A stretch of 64,000 bases of DNA from the NCBI RefSeq assembly GCF_018977255.1, contig NW_024704762.1:7688001-7752000 (forward strand). Direction: 5' to 3'. The translations under genes were made by a program, and so were the position numbers. This DNA comes from Callorhinchus milii. Taxonomy: Eukaryota. Numbering within the stretch: position 1 is the stretch's first letter; the number at the start of each line of letters is the position of its first letter. The notes beneath the pieces were generated by a model. The model did not search any database, was not told where the DNA came from, and saw only the letters and a program-made list of their open reading frames with translations. Below, one piece after another: positions 1 to 11,438 of this stretch.

Positions 1-2
1 AA

Positions 3-3
3 A

Positions 4-28
<25 letters not shown>
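3..28. repeat. (AG)n microsatellite
   Basis: Directly visible dinucleotide run. Confidence 0.95.
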
Positions 29-34
<6 letters not shown>

Positions 35-2167
35 AAAAGTGATAACTAGCAGGAATCTTGTTAGCGGCATCCATTGCCGTTAATTTCTGTGCATCTGGAA
101 TGCAATGCACACTCTCCAAGGAAACAACACCCTGCCCACGAGGTTCAAAAAAGCTTGATAGCACTGGAATGATTGACTCGCCCAAACCGCATAGCTTGTC
201 AATTGCAGCCACCGCCTGGCGAGCTTCTAGCTGGTACCATTCTACTTATTAGGGCTTTGGCTGGCAGGGGTTAACAGGAGCCAAGCGGAAAGAATCCCTG
301 TCTACAGTGGTTGGCCTGCCCTCCCCACTGCTGCCCCCCTCCACCCAACCACCATCCCACCCCGAGCCAAGCTGGCTACTCTGTCATTGGTAGCGCCTCG
401 GAATACCACAGGCTTATTAGGGCTTTGGCTCGGTGGGTTAACAGGAGCCAAGTGTTCTGGCTCTGGAACAAGATACCGAGAGCGCCACAGGGTGTTGACT
501 TGATTCTGAAATTCTAAGCACAGTTAGTTCACATAATCCCGCTCTTCTGTTTTCTCCCTCCTGGACCTTCTTATATGTCTCCTCTTCAAGTATCTATCTA
601 ATTCTCCTCCCACCCCACAAAAAAGGGACTGCTTGAGCAATAACAACTTGCATTGTTATAGCACCCTTCACGCAGGCCAGTGAGGGCCTCGGAGCGCACA
701 TCAACGGTTTGCGGAAAACGATTACCGCCAACATGTGTGTGGAGTCAATCCCTTTAATTCTCTCTGTCGCCATCCTTTAAACATCTGTTCTGAAAACCCT
801 CCAATTCGCTGGAGCTTTATTGTCGGGTCAAGTTGACACGACGCAGAACCAACGCAGATTGAGGAAACAAAAGTATGGATGTTGTTCTTTGAAAACAAAC
901 CAATTCAATCTCTGGTTTCCGTTAATCAGATTGAATCTCTGCCAAATTCTCTGTAGCAAGTGGAGCTTTTTTCTCCTTTCCCCCCCTCCCCAAAGATTAA
1001 TGGCGTGTGGCCGCAAACACTGCAAATGAAGCAAGCAAGCCATCACTTAATAATTAAACAGAGCAGACCAATGTCGTGTGTGTGTATGCATGTGTTTGTG
1101 TAATCGTGTGTGTGTATGTTTGCGTGTGCATGAGTTTGTTTAAGTGTACGTGTACGTATGTGTGTACGCGAGAGAGAGAGAGAGAGATTGAGTAAGAGGC
1201 AAGGAAGTGGTCTATAGGGCAACAAGAAGTGACCCCCCGAACATTCAGACCAGTTTCGCTAAATCTGTGTTCAAACAATAGTGTGTTTGCAGATTTTCTT
1301 TCTTGATGGAATACGCTTCGATTTGTGGCGTAAACCAGGAAATATTCCATCAAGAAAATTCAGCTTGCTGGTCGACCCGAAAAGGTCAACAGAAAGAGGA
1401 AGCAGAAAAAAAATTATCAACTGGCTCTATAAGGAATTGAATTAGCCACCCACACAATGACTCACCATTTTGTCTGTTATACATCTCACAGAGATTAAGT
1501 AGGATAATTACATTAATATAGTGACTGTTGTCAAAGTACTTCACTTACACTAATACTGTAAAGTGTAGTGACTGTCGCATTTCTGGTCAAAGGTGGGAGC
1601 CAATTGTTAGATGACAATTCCCAGAAACAGCCTTGTAGTGAATGATTCATTTATCAGGAGGATTTGATCAACCAGAAAATCAGGAAAAACAAAAACTCCC
1701 AATAGTCTCACGGGATCTTTAACATCTGACTGGCTTCACTTTGTAAGGCATCACCTGAAAACCGTCACCTACCATAAAAACACTCACCAAGGCTAAGTGT
1801 TAGTTTGGAATTATAGTAATCTTAATAATCCTTGCACTTGATCATGCTTTAAGGCACCTTATTACGTTGTTGAGACACCTCTCAACGTTCATCGCAGAAT
1901 ATATTGTAAAGCTAATTGGCCATTTATTTTCTGGGTGAAACGCAGCAGCCAATTGTGCACAGCAGCGTCCCCACAAACAGTCGTGGATTGAGTGACCAAA
2001 ATGTTGTTATATAAACGCACAATCCCTAATCTGAACCCTAGGGGTATACTGACTCATCCCAGGATGAGTATTTAATGGATCTTGGCACTGGGGCGGAAAT
2101 CAAACCCTCTTTTCCTGGAGGCACTGATTCAGGCTGGGGTATAGTTCAACGGGCACCAGGCACTCTC

Positions 2168-2330
2168 TATAATAATAATCCTTGCATTTGATATAGCGCT
2201 TTTCACGTCGGGAGGACGTCCCAAAGCGCTTCACAGAACACACTGTAAAGTGAATTGACTGTATATTTATGGGCGAACGCGGCAGCCAATTGCGCACAGC
2301 AATGTCCCACAAACAGTCGTAGATTGAAAA
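2168..2330 (-). mobile_element. tRNA-derived SINE, 5'-truncated 3' part
   Basis: Reverse complement of the common SINE body (gctgtgcgcaattggctgccgcgttcgccc...atcaaatgcaagg) ending in a (TTA)n tail; many copies in the window. Confidence 0.85.
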
Positions 2331-3399
2331 TTTATTGTTGTTTTGGGTTTTGGAGGGATTATGTACCTAACACAAGAGCCAGCAGCTCGCCATTAAGCTT
2401 TGGCAGAGAGATTCAGGCCTTGCTATGGCCTGTGGCACAGACAACAAGAGCCAAATGGTCTCTGTCCGCGTTAACAATTTTTTAAACTTTACCTCAACAG
2501 CTTCGCAAAGCCCTATACAACCGGGAATTGCGACACTGCTGTGCGCAAATCAGCTGCCACATTCGCCTACAGAATACACAGGCACTACACTTGGTGTAGA
2601 ATTAATAACACAATACACAGTATTCATAGTAAATCCAGTCAAGCTCCTTGTGATACATCCTGACATGAAAGACACTTGTATCAAAGGCACCGATTGTTAT
2701 GATTATTGTAACAACAAGTCATTGTATCTTACGCGAAGTAAAAACATCTCAAGCGCTTCACGGCGACTGAGGATCAGGGAGCAGAGGCAGGAGAATTTAA
2801 GACCGTTGATCAAACGCACGGATCCAAGATAGAGTTTTAAGAGGTTTTTGGAAGCGGGAAGAAAATGTACACTTTAAAAGTATGTTCCAGACAACGAGAA
2901 CATTGCGAGTAAAATCTCAGCTACCGATGATGCACTGGGTCGAGGCATATGCATATAATAAAGTAGTTAAAACGTCACATCTACACAATAAACAACAAGA
3001 TTACATTTCTATAGCGCCTTTCACATCAGGAGGATGCCCCAAGGCGCTGGAATGTATTCAGTCAATTCACTTTACAGTATATCCGGTGAAGAACTTTGAG
3101 ACGTCTCAATGATGTGACGAGGCGCTGTATCACGTGCAACGTTTATTATTATCTTTGCATTGGGCCTTATCACATTGTCGAGATGTCTCAAAACTTCACC
3201 ACATATATCGTAGAATTCAATGATTGCGTAGTCTGTAGAAGAATTTCATGTGTGTGAGGGTGGGGGGTGTGATGAAATCACGGGGTGGGTACATAATACA
3301 GGCGAAGGGGGAAATCATACTTATGGGTTGGGGGTTGGGAGAAAGAGGTATCCACAGCAAACAAAATAATAAAGGGGGTGAAAAAGGTAGAAATGGAGG

Positions 3400-3690
3400 T
3401 GGTTTCCTTACTCCACACGCCTCTGTTTACCTGGCGGTAAGTCGGAACCCGGTTGTTAAGTCAATTGGTGGATCGTTTTTCGGGGGTAATAATCCCTTCA
3501 AAATAAATAATAATTTGTTCACTCAATGTATGACTGTTTGTGGGGACGCTGCTGTGTGCCAGCCGGGTTCGCCCACAAAATACGCAGTCAATCCGCTCGA
3601 CAGTATATCCCGCGAAGCGCTTTGAGACGTCTCGACGAAGTGATCGGGTGCTGTATCAAACGCAAAGTTTATTATTATTATTATTATTAT
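3400..3690 (+). mobile_element. tRNA-derived SINE, older copy lacking the head
   Basis: ttccttactccacacgcctctgtttacc...body...(TTA)n tail at about 3669-3690. Confidence 0.8.
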
Positions 3691-5009
3691 TCATTGCTAT
3701 TAGTAAATAATCCAAGCAACGACAAAACAAAGACACGAATGAAAGTGAGGGGGACAAAGGCACGAGAGAGGAAACGCGATCCAAGCAATCTCATTCTAAC
3801 CCGACGACCTAGAAGAAATAACCTTTGCGAAGATATTTTCCACCTCCATCTTACGCAACTCCTTTCTTAAAGTGTGGTTTCACAGGGAGAGGTTGATAAT
3901 CCTTCCTCCCCCCTCCCCCACCTTCTCTCTCCACCCCCCACCCCCTTCTTTGCAATCTGCAAAGATCTCTCTTCAGCTCAATAATGACTATAAATAAAAA
4001 GTCTTAAGGCTTTCTCTTTCACTCAAATAACCACCTCTCTGTGGATTTTGCTCATAAAACAACACAATAGAGGAATATAAATATTATAATATTTATGTAT
4101 ATCTAAATCGGATATATATATATACACATACACACAATAACAACAAAAATGAACATAGGAATACAGTGCAGCCATTTTCAGCCAACAGAAACCTAAAAGG
4201 AAAAGGACAAGAGATACTCCCACACACCCAGAGCCAAGCAAACAGGGAGAGAGAGACAGGGGGAGAGAGAGNNNNNNNNNNNNNNNNNNNNNNNNNNNNN
4301 NNNNNNNNNNNNNNNNNNNNNNNNNNNNNNNNNNNNNNNNNNNNNNNNNNNNNNNNNNNNNNNNNNNNNNNNNNNNNNNNNNNNNNNNNNNNNNNNNNNN
4401 NNNNNNNNNNNNNNNNNNNNNNNNNNNNNNNNNNNNNNNNNNNNNNNNNNNNNNNNNNNNNNNNNNNNNNNNNNNNNNNNNNNNNNNNNNNNNNNNNNNN
4501 NNNNNNNNNNNNNNNNNNNNNNNNNNNNNNNNNNNNNNNNNNNNNNNNNNNNNNNNNNNNNNNNNNNNNNNNNNNNNNNNNNNNNNNNNNNNNNNNNNNN
4601 NNNNNNNNNNNNNNNNNNNNNNNNNNNNNNNNNNNNNNNNNNNNNNNNNNNNNNNNNNNNNNNNNNNNNNNNNNNNNNNNNNNNNNNNNNNNNNNNNNNN
4701 NNNNNNNNNNNNNNNNNNNNNNNNNNNNNNNNNNNNNNNNNNNNNNNNNNNNNNNNNNNNNNNNNNNNNNNNNNNNNNNNGNNNNNNNNNNNNNNNNNNN
4801 NNNNNNNNNNNNNNNNNNNNNNNNNNNNNNNNNNNNNNNNNNNNNNNNNNNNNNNNNNNNNNNNNNNNNNNNNNNNNNNNNNNNNNNNNNNNNNNNNNNN
4901 NNNNNNNNNNNNNNNNNNNNNNNNNNNNNNNNNNNNNNNNNNNNGTGAGAGGGCGAGACAGACACAGACAGACACAGACAGACAGACAGACAGACCCACA
5001 GACAGTTAC

Positions 5010-5139
5010 CTGCGCTGGAGTTGGGTCTCTCGGTGTCGGGTTGGTATCTGTTCCAGTCCTTCAGATTACTGCTGTTGTAAACCAACGCGCAAAAGAGCAC
5101 CGACAGTACACACAGTGTAATAAACAGCCGCCACTTCAT
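5010..5139 (-). CDS. Putative first coding exon of a type II membrane (signal-anchor) protein; remainder not identified
   Basis: aaaATG context; MKWR + hydrophobic LFITLCVLSVLFCALVY + polar stem with NSS sequons; ends at donor CAG|GTAACT (phase 1) just before a (TCTG)n repeat and an N-gap. Confidence 0.55.
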
Positions 5140-5851
5140 TTTGTTTTCAGGACACAGTCACTCACTCACATCCCCCACTTCCCCTTCACTGCTCTTTCCT
5201 CACCCCACAGCCCCACAGCCCCCCTCCCCCCCCCCCCCCTCCCCTCCCCTCCCTCCCCCTCCCTCCCCCCTCCCCTCCCTCTCCCTCCCCCTCTCTCNNN
5301 NNNNNNNNNNNNNNNNNNNNNNNNNNNNNNNNNNNNNNNNNNNNNNNNNNNNNNNNNNNNNNNNNNNNNNNNNNNNNNNNNNNNNNNNNNNNNNNNNNNN
5401 NNNNNNNNNNNNNNNNNNNNNNNNNNNNNNNNNNNNNNNNNNNNNNNNNNNNNNNNNNNNNNNNNNNNNNNNNNNNNNNNNNNNNNNNNNNNNCAAGCGA
5501 ATCCGGATCAGCCTTAACTTCTCCTGGAATCCCAACTGCGGAAGCAGCAGAGCTCAGTTTGCAGAATTGCGCAATGTGCCTCTTCCCATTTCGCTTCGCT
5601 GTGGCGNNNNNNNNNNNNNNNNNNNNNNNNNNNNNNNNNNNNNNNNNNNNNNNNNNNNNNNNNNNNNNNNNNNNNNNNNNNNNNNNNNNNNNNNNNNNNN
5701 NNNNNNNNNNNNNNNNNNNNNNNNNNNNNNNNNNNNNNNNNNNNNNNNNNNNNNNNNNNNNNNNNNNNNNNNNNNNNNNNNNNNNNNNNNNNNNNNNNNN
5801 NNNNNNNNNNNNNNNNNNNNNNNNNNNNNNNNNNNNNNNNNNNNNNNNNNN

Positions 5852-6050
5852 CTGTGTGTGTGTCTGTCTATCTGTGTGTGTGTCTGTCTATCTGTGTGTG
5901 TGTCTGTGTGTGTGTCTGTCTATCTGTGTGTGTGTGTGTCTGTGTGTGTGTCTGTCTATCTATGTGTGTGTGTGTCTGTCTATTTGTCTGTGTGTGTCTC
6001 TGTCTGTGTGTGTGTCTCTATCTGTCTGTGTGTCTCTGTCTGTGTGTGTT
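5852..6050. repeat. Compound (TG)n/(TCTG)n/(TCTA) microsatellite
   Basis: Directly visible next to an N-gap. Confidence 0.95.
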
Positions 6051-7519
6051 TGCAGTCAGTCAGTGCAGGGATCCTGGTGGCCTCCTCTCACACTCTCTCT
6101 CTTGATGTCCACCAGAGATCTGAGCAGAACACAGCCCTCAGTGAACCACAGATCCATTGGGAGTTGTGACTTATTTGACACACAAAACCAGCCTCACTTC
6201 ACTCACTCTCTCACCACTCCCTTTCCCGTACTTCATCCATCTCCTCCTACTCTATTCCTGCTTCCTCTCCTTCTTCCTGCCTGGAAAGCACTGATTTCAG
6301 CCTGGAGCCCAGTTCTACACAACAACAACAAAATTACATGTAGAGCGCCTTTCACGTCGGGAGGACGTCCCATAGCGCTGGGTTCGGATTCACTTGCAAC
6401 GAGAGAGGGAGGGAGGGCGAGAGGAGAGGAGGTGGGGTGAGGAAAGAGAAGTAAAGGGGAGGGTGGGTTCTGCGTCTGTGTTTTAAAAACAAAATGAAGT
6501 GGCAGCTCTTTATTCCAAAGTTCTACTTCCCTATCAGCGTCTTGGGGAAGTCCCCTCCCGACGTGAAAGGCTCTATATAAAATGTAATCTGTTGCTGTCG
6601 TTGTTGTTGCTGTATTTTTGCTTCCCCCACACACACGCACACGCAAACACACACAATCTCCAATGGCGATTTATCACTTGTGAGCTTTGACTGCGCCTTG
6701 AGACGTCTTGCCGACATGAGAGGCGCCTGTACGAGTGTAATTTGCTGACACGGATGGGGTATTTGAGCGATGGCAGGGTAATTTAATTAGAAACTGGTCA
6801 TCCGCTTCGCGGCTGTTTGTGAGACGTCGCTGTCTGCAAAGTGGCCGAGGCGTAGCTTACAAAATACACAGTCACTACACTCGACAGTAAATCCCGTTAA
6901 GCCTTTTGAGACATCCTCCCGACATGAAAGGCCCCTTAGCGAATGCAAGGATTATCACAACATTTTATTCTGTCTCCAGGATGGACTCATTTTGCCTTCT
7001 GTCAATGACTGAAAATTCTCTCAATAAATTCATTTCAGGACCTCTGTAAATGATTCCATTCCATTAATACCTAATCCAGAGTATTGCTCATGTATATAAA
7101 TTTGTCCTTTCCTCTGCGCATTGTAATTGAATGAATCTCAACACACGAGCAATTTTATGGCTCTAATTCTTAGCAAAACATATCCTAACTGCACACTTGC
7201 AATCCACTGACTGACCCAACTGGGAGATTGTGAAGGTTTATGCAGCAATAAGGAAGTAAATACAATGCAATACTATTCACATTTCTATAGAGCCTTCACA
7301 CCCTGGGTGGAAAGCGCTTCACAGAATATACTGTAAAGTGGCCTAACTATGTATTCTGCGGGCGAAACCCAGCAGCCAGTTTGCACACAGCGATGTCTGA
7401 CAAACAGCCATGGAGTGGGGGATTGCTTCTAGGGTCCTGGGAGAAACACCCTTTCCTTTTCAAATCATGCCATGAATAGTGCCAGATGTTAATCCATATG
7501 AACAGTGCCTGTTTAACAG

Positions 7520-7660
7520 TGCCTGGGACCTCAGTTTAACGTTAAGAATGGCACCTCCGACAATGCAATAGACCCCCAGCACTGCATTGGAGTGTCAGCC
7601 CAGATTGTGAATTCAAAGTTTCGAAGTGGAGCTTGAACCGACAACATTCTGACCCAAGTT
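7520..7660 (-). mobile_element. Deu-domain SINE fragment (SacSINE1/AmnSINE-like)
   Basis: cctcagtttaacgt...ggcacctccgacaatgca...gcactgcattggagtgtcagccc...cttgaacc resembles the reverse complement of a DeuSINE 5' region (recognition from memory); similar piece at about 14645-14790. Confidence 0.6.
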
Positions 7661-8193
7661 CTCTCTTCTATCTCCCTCCTCAACGTTTCCTGTGTTTCCT
7701 TTGTGAGAGGAGAGGTTTGATCTAAAAGCAAACTGTTCCATTTCCTTCTGACGTAACAAGTAAAAAAAGGTACCAGTATCTGGGATCTGGTCCAGTCGTC
7801 AACTGCTGTGTGTTTTCTGTAGATTATTTGGGGCCCAGAGGGTAATTTACAATTTCAAAGAAACACTCTTTGTTTTATTTTATGAGTCATTTTCTCTCAT
7901 CTTTTTCCAGCTGTAGGGAGACTAACATGGATCATTGGTAAAGCTGCTTCTGAGAAGCTCTGCTTTTTCTCTCTCTTTCTCTTGCTCTTTCGCTGTTCAA
8001 GACTTGAATACAACTCCCTCATCCAAGATGATTTTCTCTGCTTTTACCTTCGACGGGCAGAGTAGCAGAGAGTACAGGACAAAGCTTCACATTCGGTAGG
8101 CAATCGATTTCTCACCTCTAGTCTCCCTCCCTCCTATTCTAATCTTTCTTGCCTTCTCCAGCCCTTGCTTCTTCCTCTGGGGGTTCTTCACTT

Positions 8194-8490
8194 GTGGAAG
8201 CCCTTAGAGTAGTGGTTAGCGCTCTCGCCTCGCAAACGAGTGGACCCGGGTTCGATTCCCTGGCAGAGCAAAACCTTAAGCAAGTTTCCTTACGCCACAC
8301 GCCTGTTTACCTAGCAATAAGTAGGAACCTGTTGTTATTTGACTGGCGGATCACTTTCTGGGTGTAATAATCCAATAAAAATCCACACCTGTTTGTGGGA
8401 CATTGCTATGCGTAATTGGCTGCCGCATTTTGCCCACAAAATACACAGCCAATTCGCTTTACAGTATATCCTGCGAAACATTTTGAGAGC
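8194..8490 (+). mobile_element. Near full-length tRNA-derived SINE
   Basis: Degenerate A box (tagagtagtgg), B box (gggttcgattcc), then the common SINE body. Confidence 0.8.
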
Positions 8491-8717
8491 CAATTGCGCA
8501 CCGCAGTATCCCACAAACAGTCGTGGATTGATCCGCCAATCGACTAACAGCTTAATGCACCTACTTACTGCAAGCAGTTGTTGTTGTTTAGCTCAGTCAT
8601 CCATTCCTTCTGGCCTCACTGTGTGGTACAGAGTTGGAGCTTGCAGACTGTACGCTCACAGGTTCAGTTCCTGGTGTGGCTAAGACGATACAAAACTTTG
8701 GCTTTTAATATATAATA

Positions 8718-8885
8718 TACGACTGTTTGTGGGACATTGCTGTGCGCAATTGGCTGCCGCGTTCGCCCACAAATATACAGTCAATTCACTTTACAGTATA
8801 TTCTGTGAAGCGCTTTGGGACGTCCTCCCGACGTGAAAAGCGCTATATCAAATGCAAGGATTATTATTATTATTATTATTATTAT
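8718..8885 (+). mobile_element. Young SINE 3' part with (TTA)n tail
   Basis: Nearly identical to the copies at 34087-34255 and 35509-35670. Confidence 0.85.
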
Positions 8886-9095
8886 ATGTGATTGCAATCT
8901 ACAGCCTTTCCCATTCTCAGATTCCCATCTTTCTATCTCATTCATGTGGTTATGTATATACTGGTATGCTGTTGCCTGTTTTCTTGATATACAGTAAAAC
9001 TCTCATAAGTCTGATCTGTATAAATATAATTTATACATAAATAAATATGTATATATCTCTATAAATCGTATAATACAATACATAATATAATATAT

Positions 9096-9515
9096 AGAAC
9101 ATAAATAAGAACATAAGAATTAGGAGCAGGAGTAGGCCATTCGGCCCCTCGAGCCCTGCCCCACCATTCGATAAGATCATGCCTGATCTTCAGACATAAC
9201 TCTAATTACCTGCCCTATCCCCATATCCCCTAATCCCTCTGTTTTTTAAAAATCTATCAGTCTCAGCCTTGAGGATGTTCAAGGTCTGAGCAGCTACAGC
9301 CTTCTGGGGAGTGAATTCCATAAATTCACTACCCTCTGAGTGAAGAAATGTTTCCTCAACTCTGTTCTAAAAGGCTGACCCTTAATTTTAAGATTGTGAC
9401 CCCTGATTCTCCTTCCAGGGGAAACAGACCCTCAGTGTCTACTTTACCAGCCCTTTAAGAATCTTATATGTTTCAATAAGATCTCCCCTAATTGTTCTGT
9501 ACTCTAGAGAATATA
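9096..9515 (-). mobile_element. CR1 LINE 3' fragment
   Basis: agaacataagaattaggagcaggagtaggcc is the reverse complement of a CR1 3' end with (TTCTTATG)n tail, followed by CR1 ORF2 C-terminal sequence. Confidence 0.8.
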
Positions 9516-10574
9516 GCCCTATAATACAACATAATATAATATAATACAAATATACAATCAATTCACTTTACAGTATATTCTGTGGAGCGCTTTGAGACGT
9601 CTAGAAGAGGTGAAAAGCGCTATATCTAATGCAAGATTTATTATTATTATTGTTATTATAATCGCCCAAGTCCCATTCAAGGCTTTATATTCTATATAAT
9701 TTGATCAAATCCCTACTTAGCATATGTCATATTAAATGTACGGTCCTAACTAATATGACTTATGTGAGGTTTACTGTGGTGAGAATATTATGTTAGTATA
9801 TAACTACTGGGTATTAGCTGCTGTTAATTACTCTAGTCTCAGAACTGAGCCCTCACTTTCGGTGGGTGTGACCGCTGAGGTTTCTCTCCCACCTAGAAAT
9901 TGATTTGATTGCGTTTAAAAACAGGATGTCGCCGCAGAAATGATGTTTTCAACGGCACGCTGTTTGGTTTGTGCAAATGCACACTTCCTTATTTTTACAC
10001 GGTGTCCAAATCAGATTTCCACCATCCACATCTAGGCAGTCACTTCCCATCATGCAGCCTCTGTGTACAGAAGATAAGATTTAAAGCATCATACATTAAG
10101 CGTTTCGGTTTTGTGGGCCAGAAGACATCTGTGTGCTTCAACTGTGAAGTGAAAGCTTGCACACCCTTGCAAACTGCTGTGCTCTTTAGTGTTTAATTGA
10201 CTACACTTGAGCAGGAGGTAAGCAGAGTCTCCTTAGGCTGTGAAGTGTCTGGGAAAGGAATTACTACGAATTGAGTGAATCCTTTGCATCATCAGAATCT
10301 TAGGGAATAGAAAGCTGTGGGAGAGAGTAAGGTGTGAGGAGACTCTTGTGTAGTAGACTTGGACTTGTTAGGTCAATTGCCCTGTTTCCATGCTGTACAA
10401 GTTCCTTAACTTAGTTCCTGAATAATGACAGTTACAGGAGAAGTGTATTGGATTAATGGCTGTGTTTCTCTGGTGAGTTTATCTAATTTTGAATTGTATT
10501 ACTCTTTGCTCAGTTTGTTGCTGAACTCAATGCAATGTAGGAAAGAGGCAGTTAAGGAGTGACCTAATAAGATA

Positions 10575-11046
10575 TCTTTAAAATGATGAAGCATTTTGAT
10601 AGGGTAGAAATAGGGAAGATGTTTCCACTTGTGCGGGAGACCAAAACCAAGGGACGTCAATATAAAATAGTCAGTAATTAACAACCACAACAACAAGATT
10701 ACATTTGTATAGTGCCTTTCACATCGGGAGGACATGAAGGGAGGAAATATGAAGGGAGGATGTGAAAAATGTAATATATCAAATAGGGAAGTTAGAAGAA
10801 ATTTCCTCACACAGAGAGTAGTGGGAATGTTGAACATGCCACCACAAGGATTGTTGAGGCAAATAGCATAGATGTATTTAAGGGGAAGCTAGAGAGGTAC
10901 ATGAGGGAGAAAGGAATAGAAGGTTATGCTTGAAGGCTTAATGAGGAAAGGCAGGAGGAGGCTCATGTGGAGCACAAACACCGGCATAGACCAGTTGGGC
11001 CGAACGGCCTGTTTGTGTGCTGCATATTCTAATGTAATGTATTCTA
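10575..11046 (+). mobile_element. CR1 LINE 3' fragment, interrupted by an L2 tail piece
   Basis: ttttgatagggtag...tttccactt...gagagtagtgggaatg...ggcctgtttgtgtgctgcatattcta tail. Confidence 0.75.
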
Positions 11047-11438
11047 AGGCAAATTTGGCCCCAAGAACACGCAATACCTCATCTGGGGACTGTCCCCACA
11101 AATGGGGGATAAATGGTCACCCTACTTAAAAGGCCATCGATTTTATGAAAATGTAACTTGTAGGCTACAGGATAAACTAGCCCCAATCTTGATCATTAAG
11201 AGTTCCTCCAAGTGAAAATGATGAGACCAGGTTAGTTAAACAGAGTGCTATAACTAATAATACTACTAATAATAATACTCCTTGAATTTGATATACTGCT
11301 TGTCACATCTTCTAGACGTCTCAAAGGGCTTCACAGAATATACCGTAAAGTGAATTGACAGCGTATTTGTGGGCGAAACACGGCAGCCAATTGCGCACAG
11401 CAGTGTCCCACAAACAGTCGCGGATTGAGTGACCAAAT

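Noticed and set aside
4093-6440. Long ORFs of 190-348 aa in the ORF track
   Set aside because: They run through N-gaps and microsatellites; only 5010-5139 looks coding.
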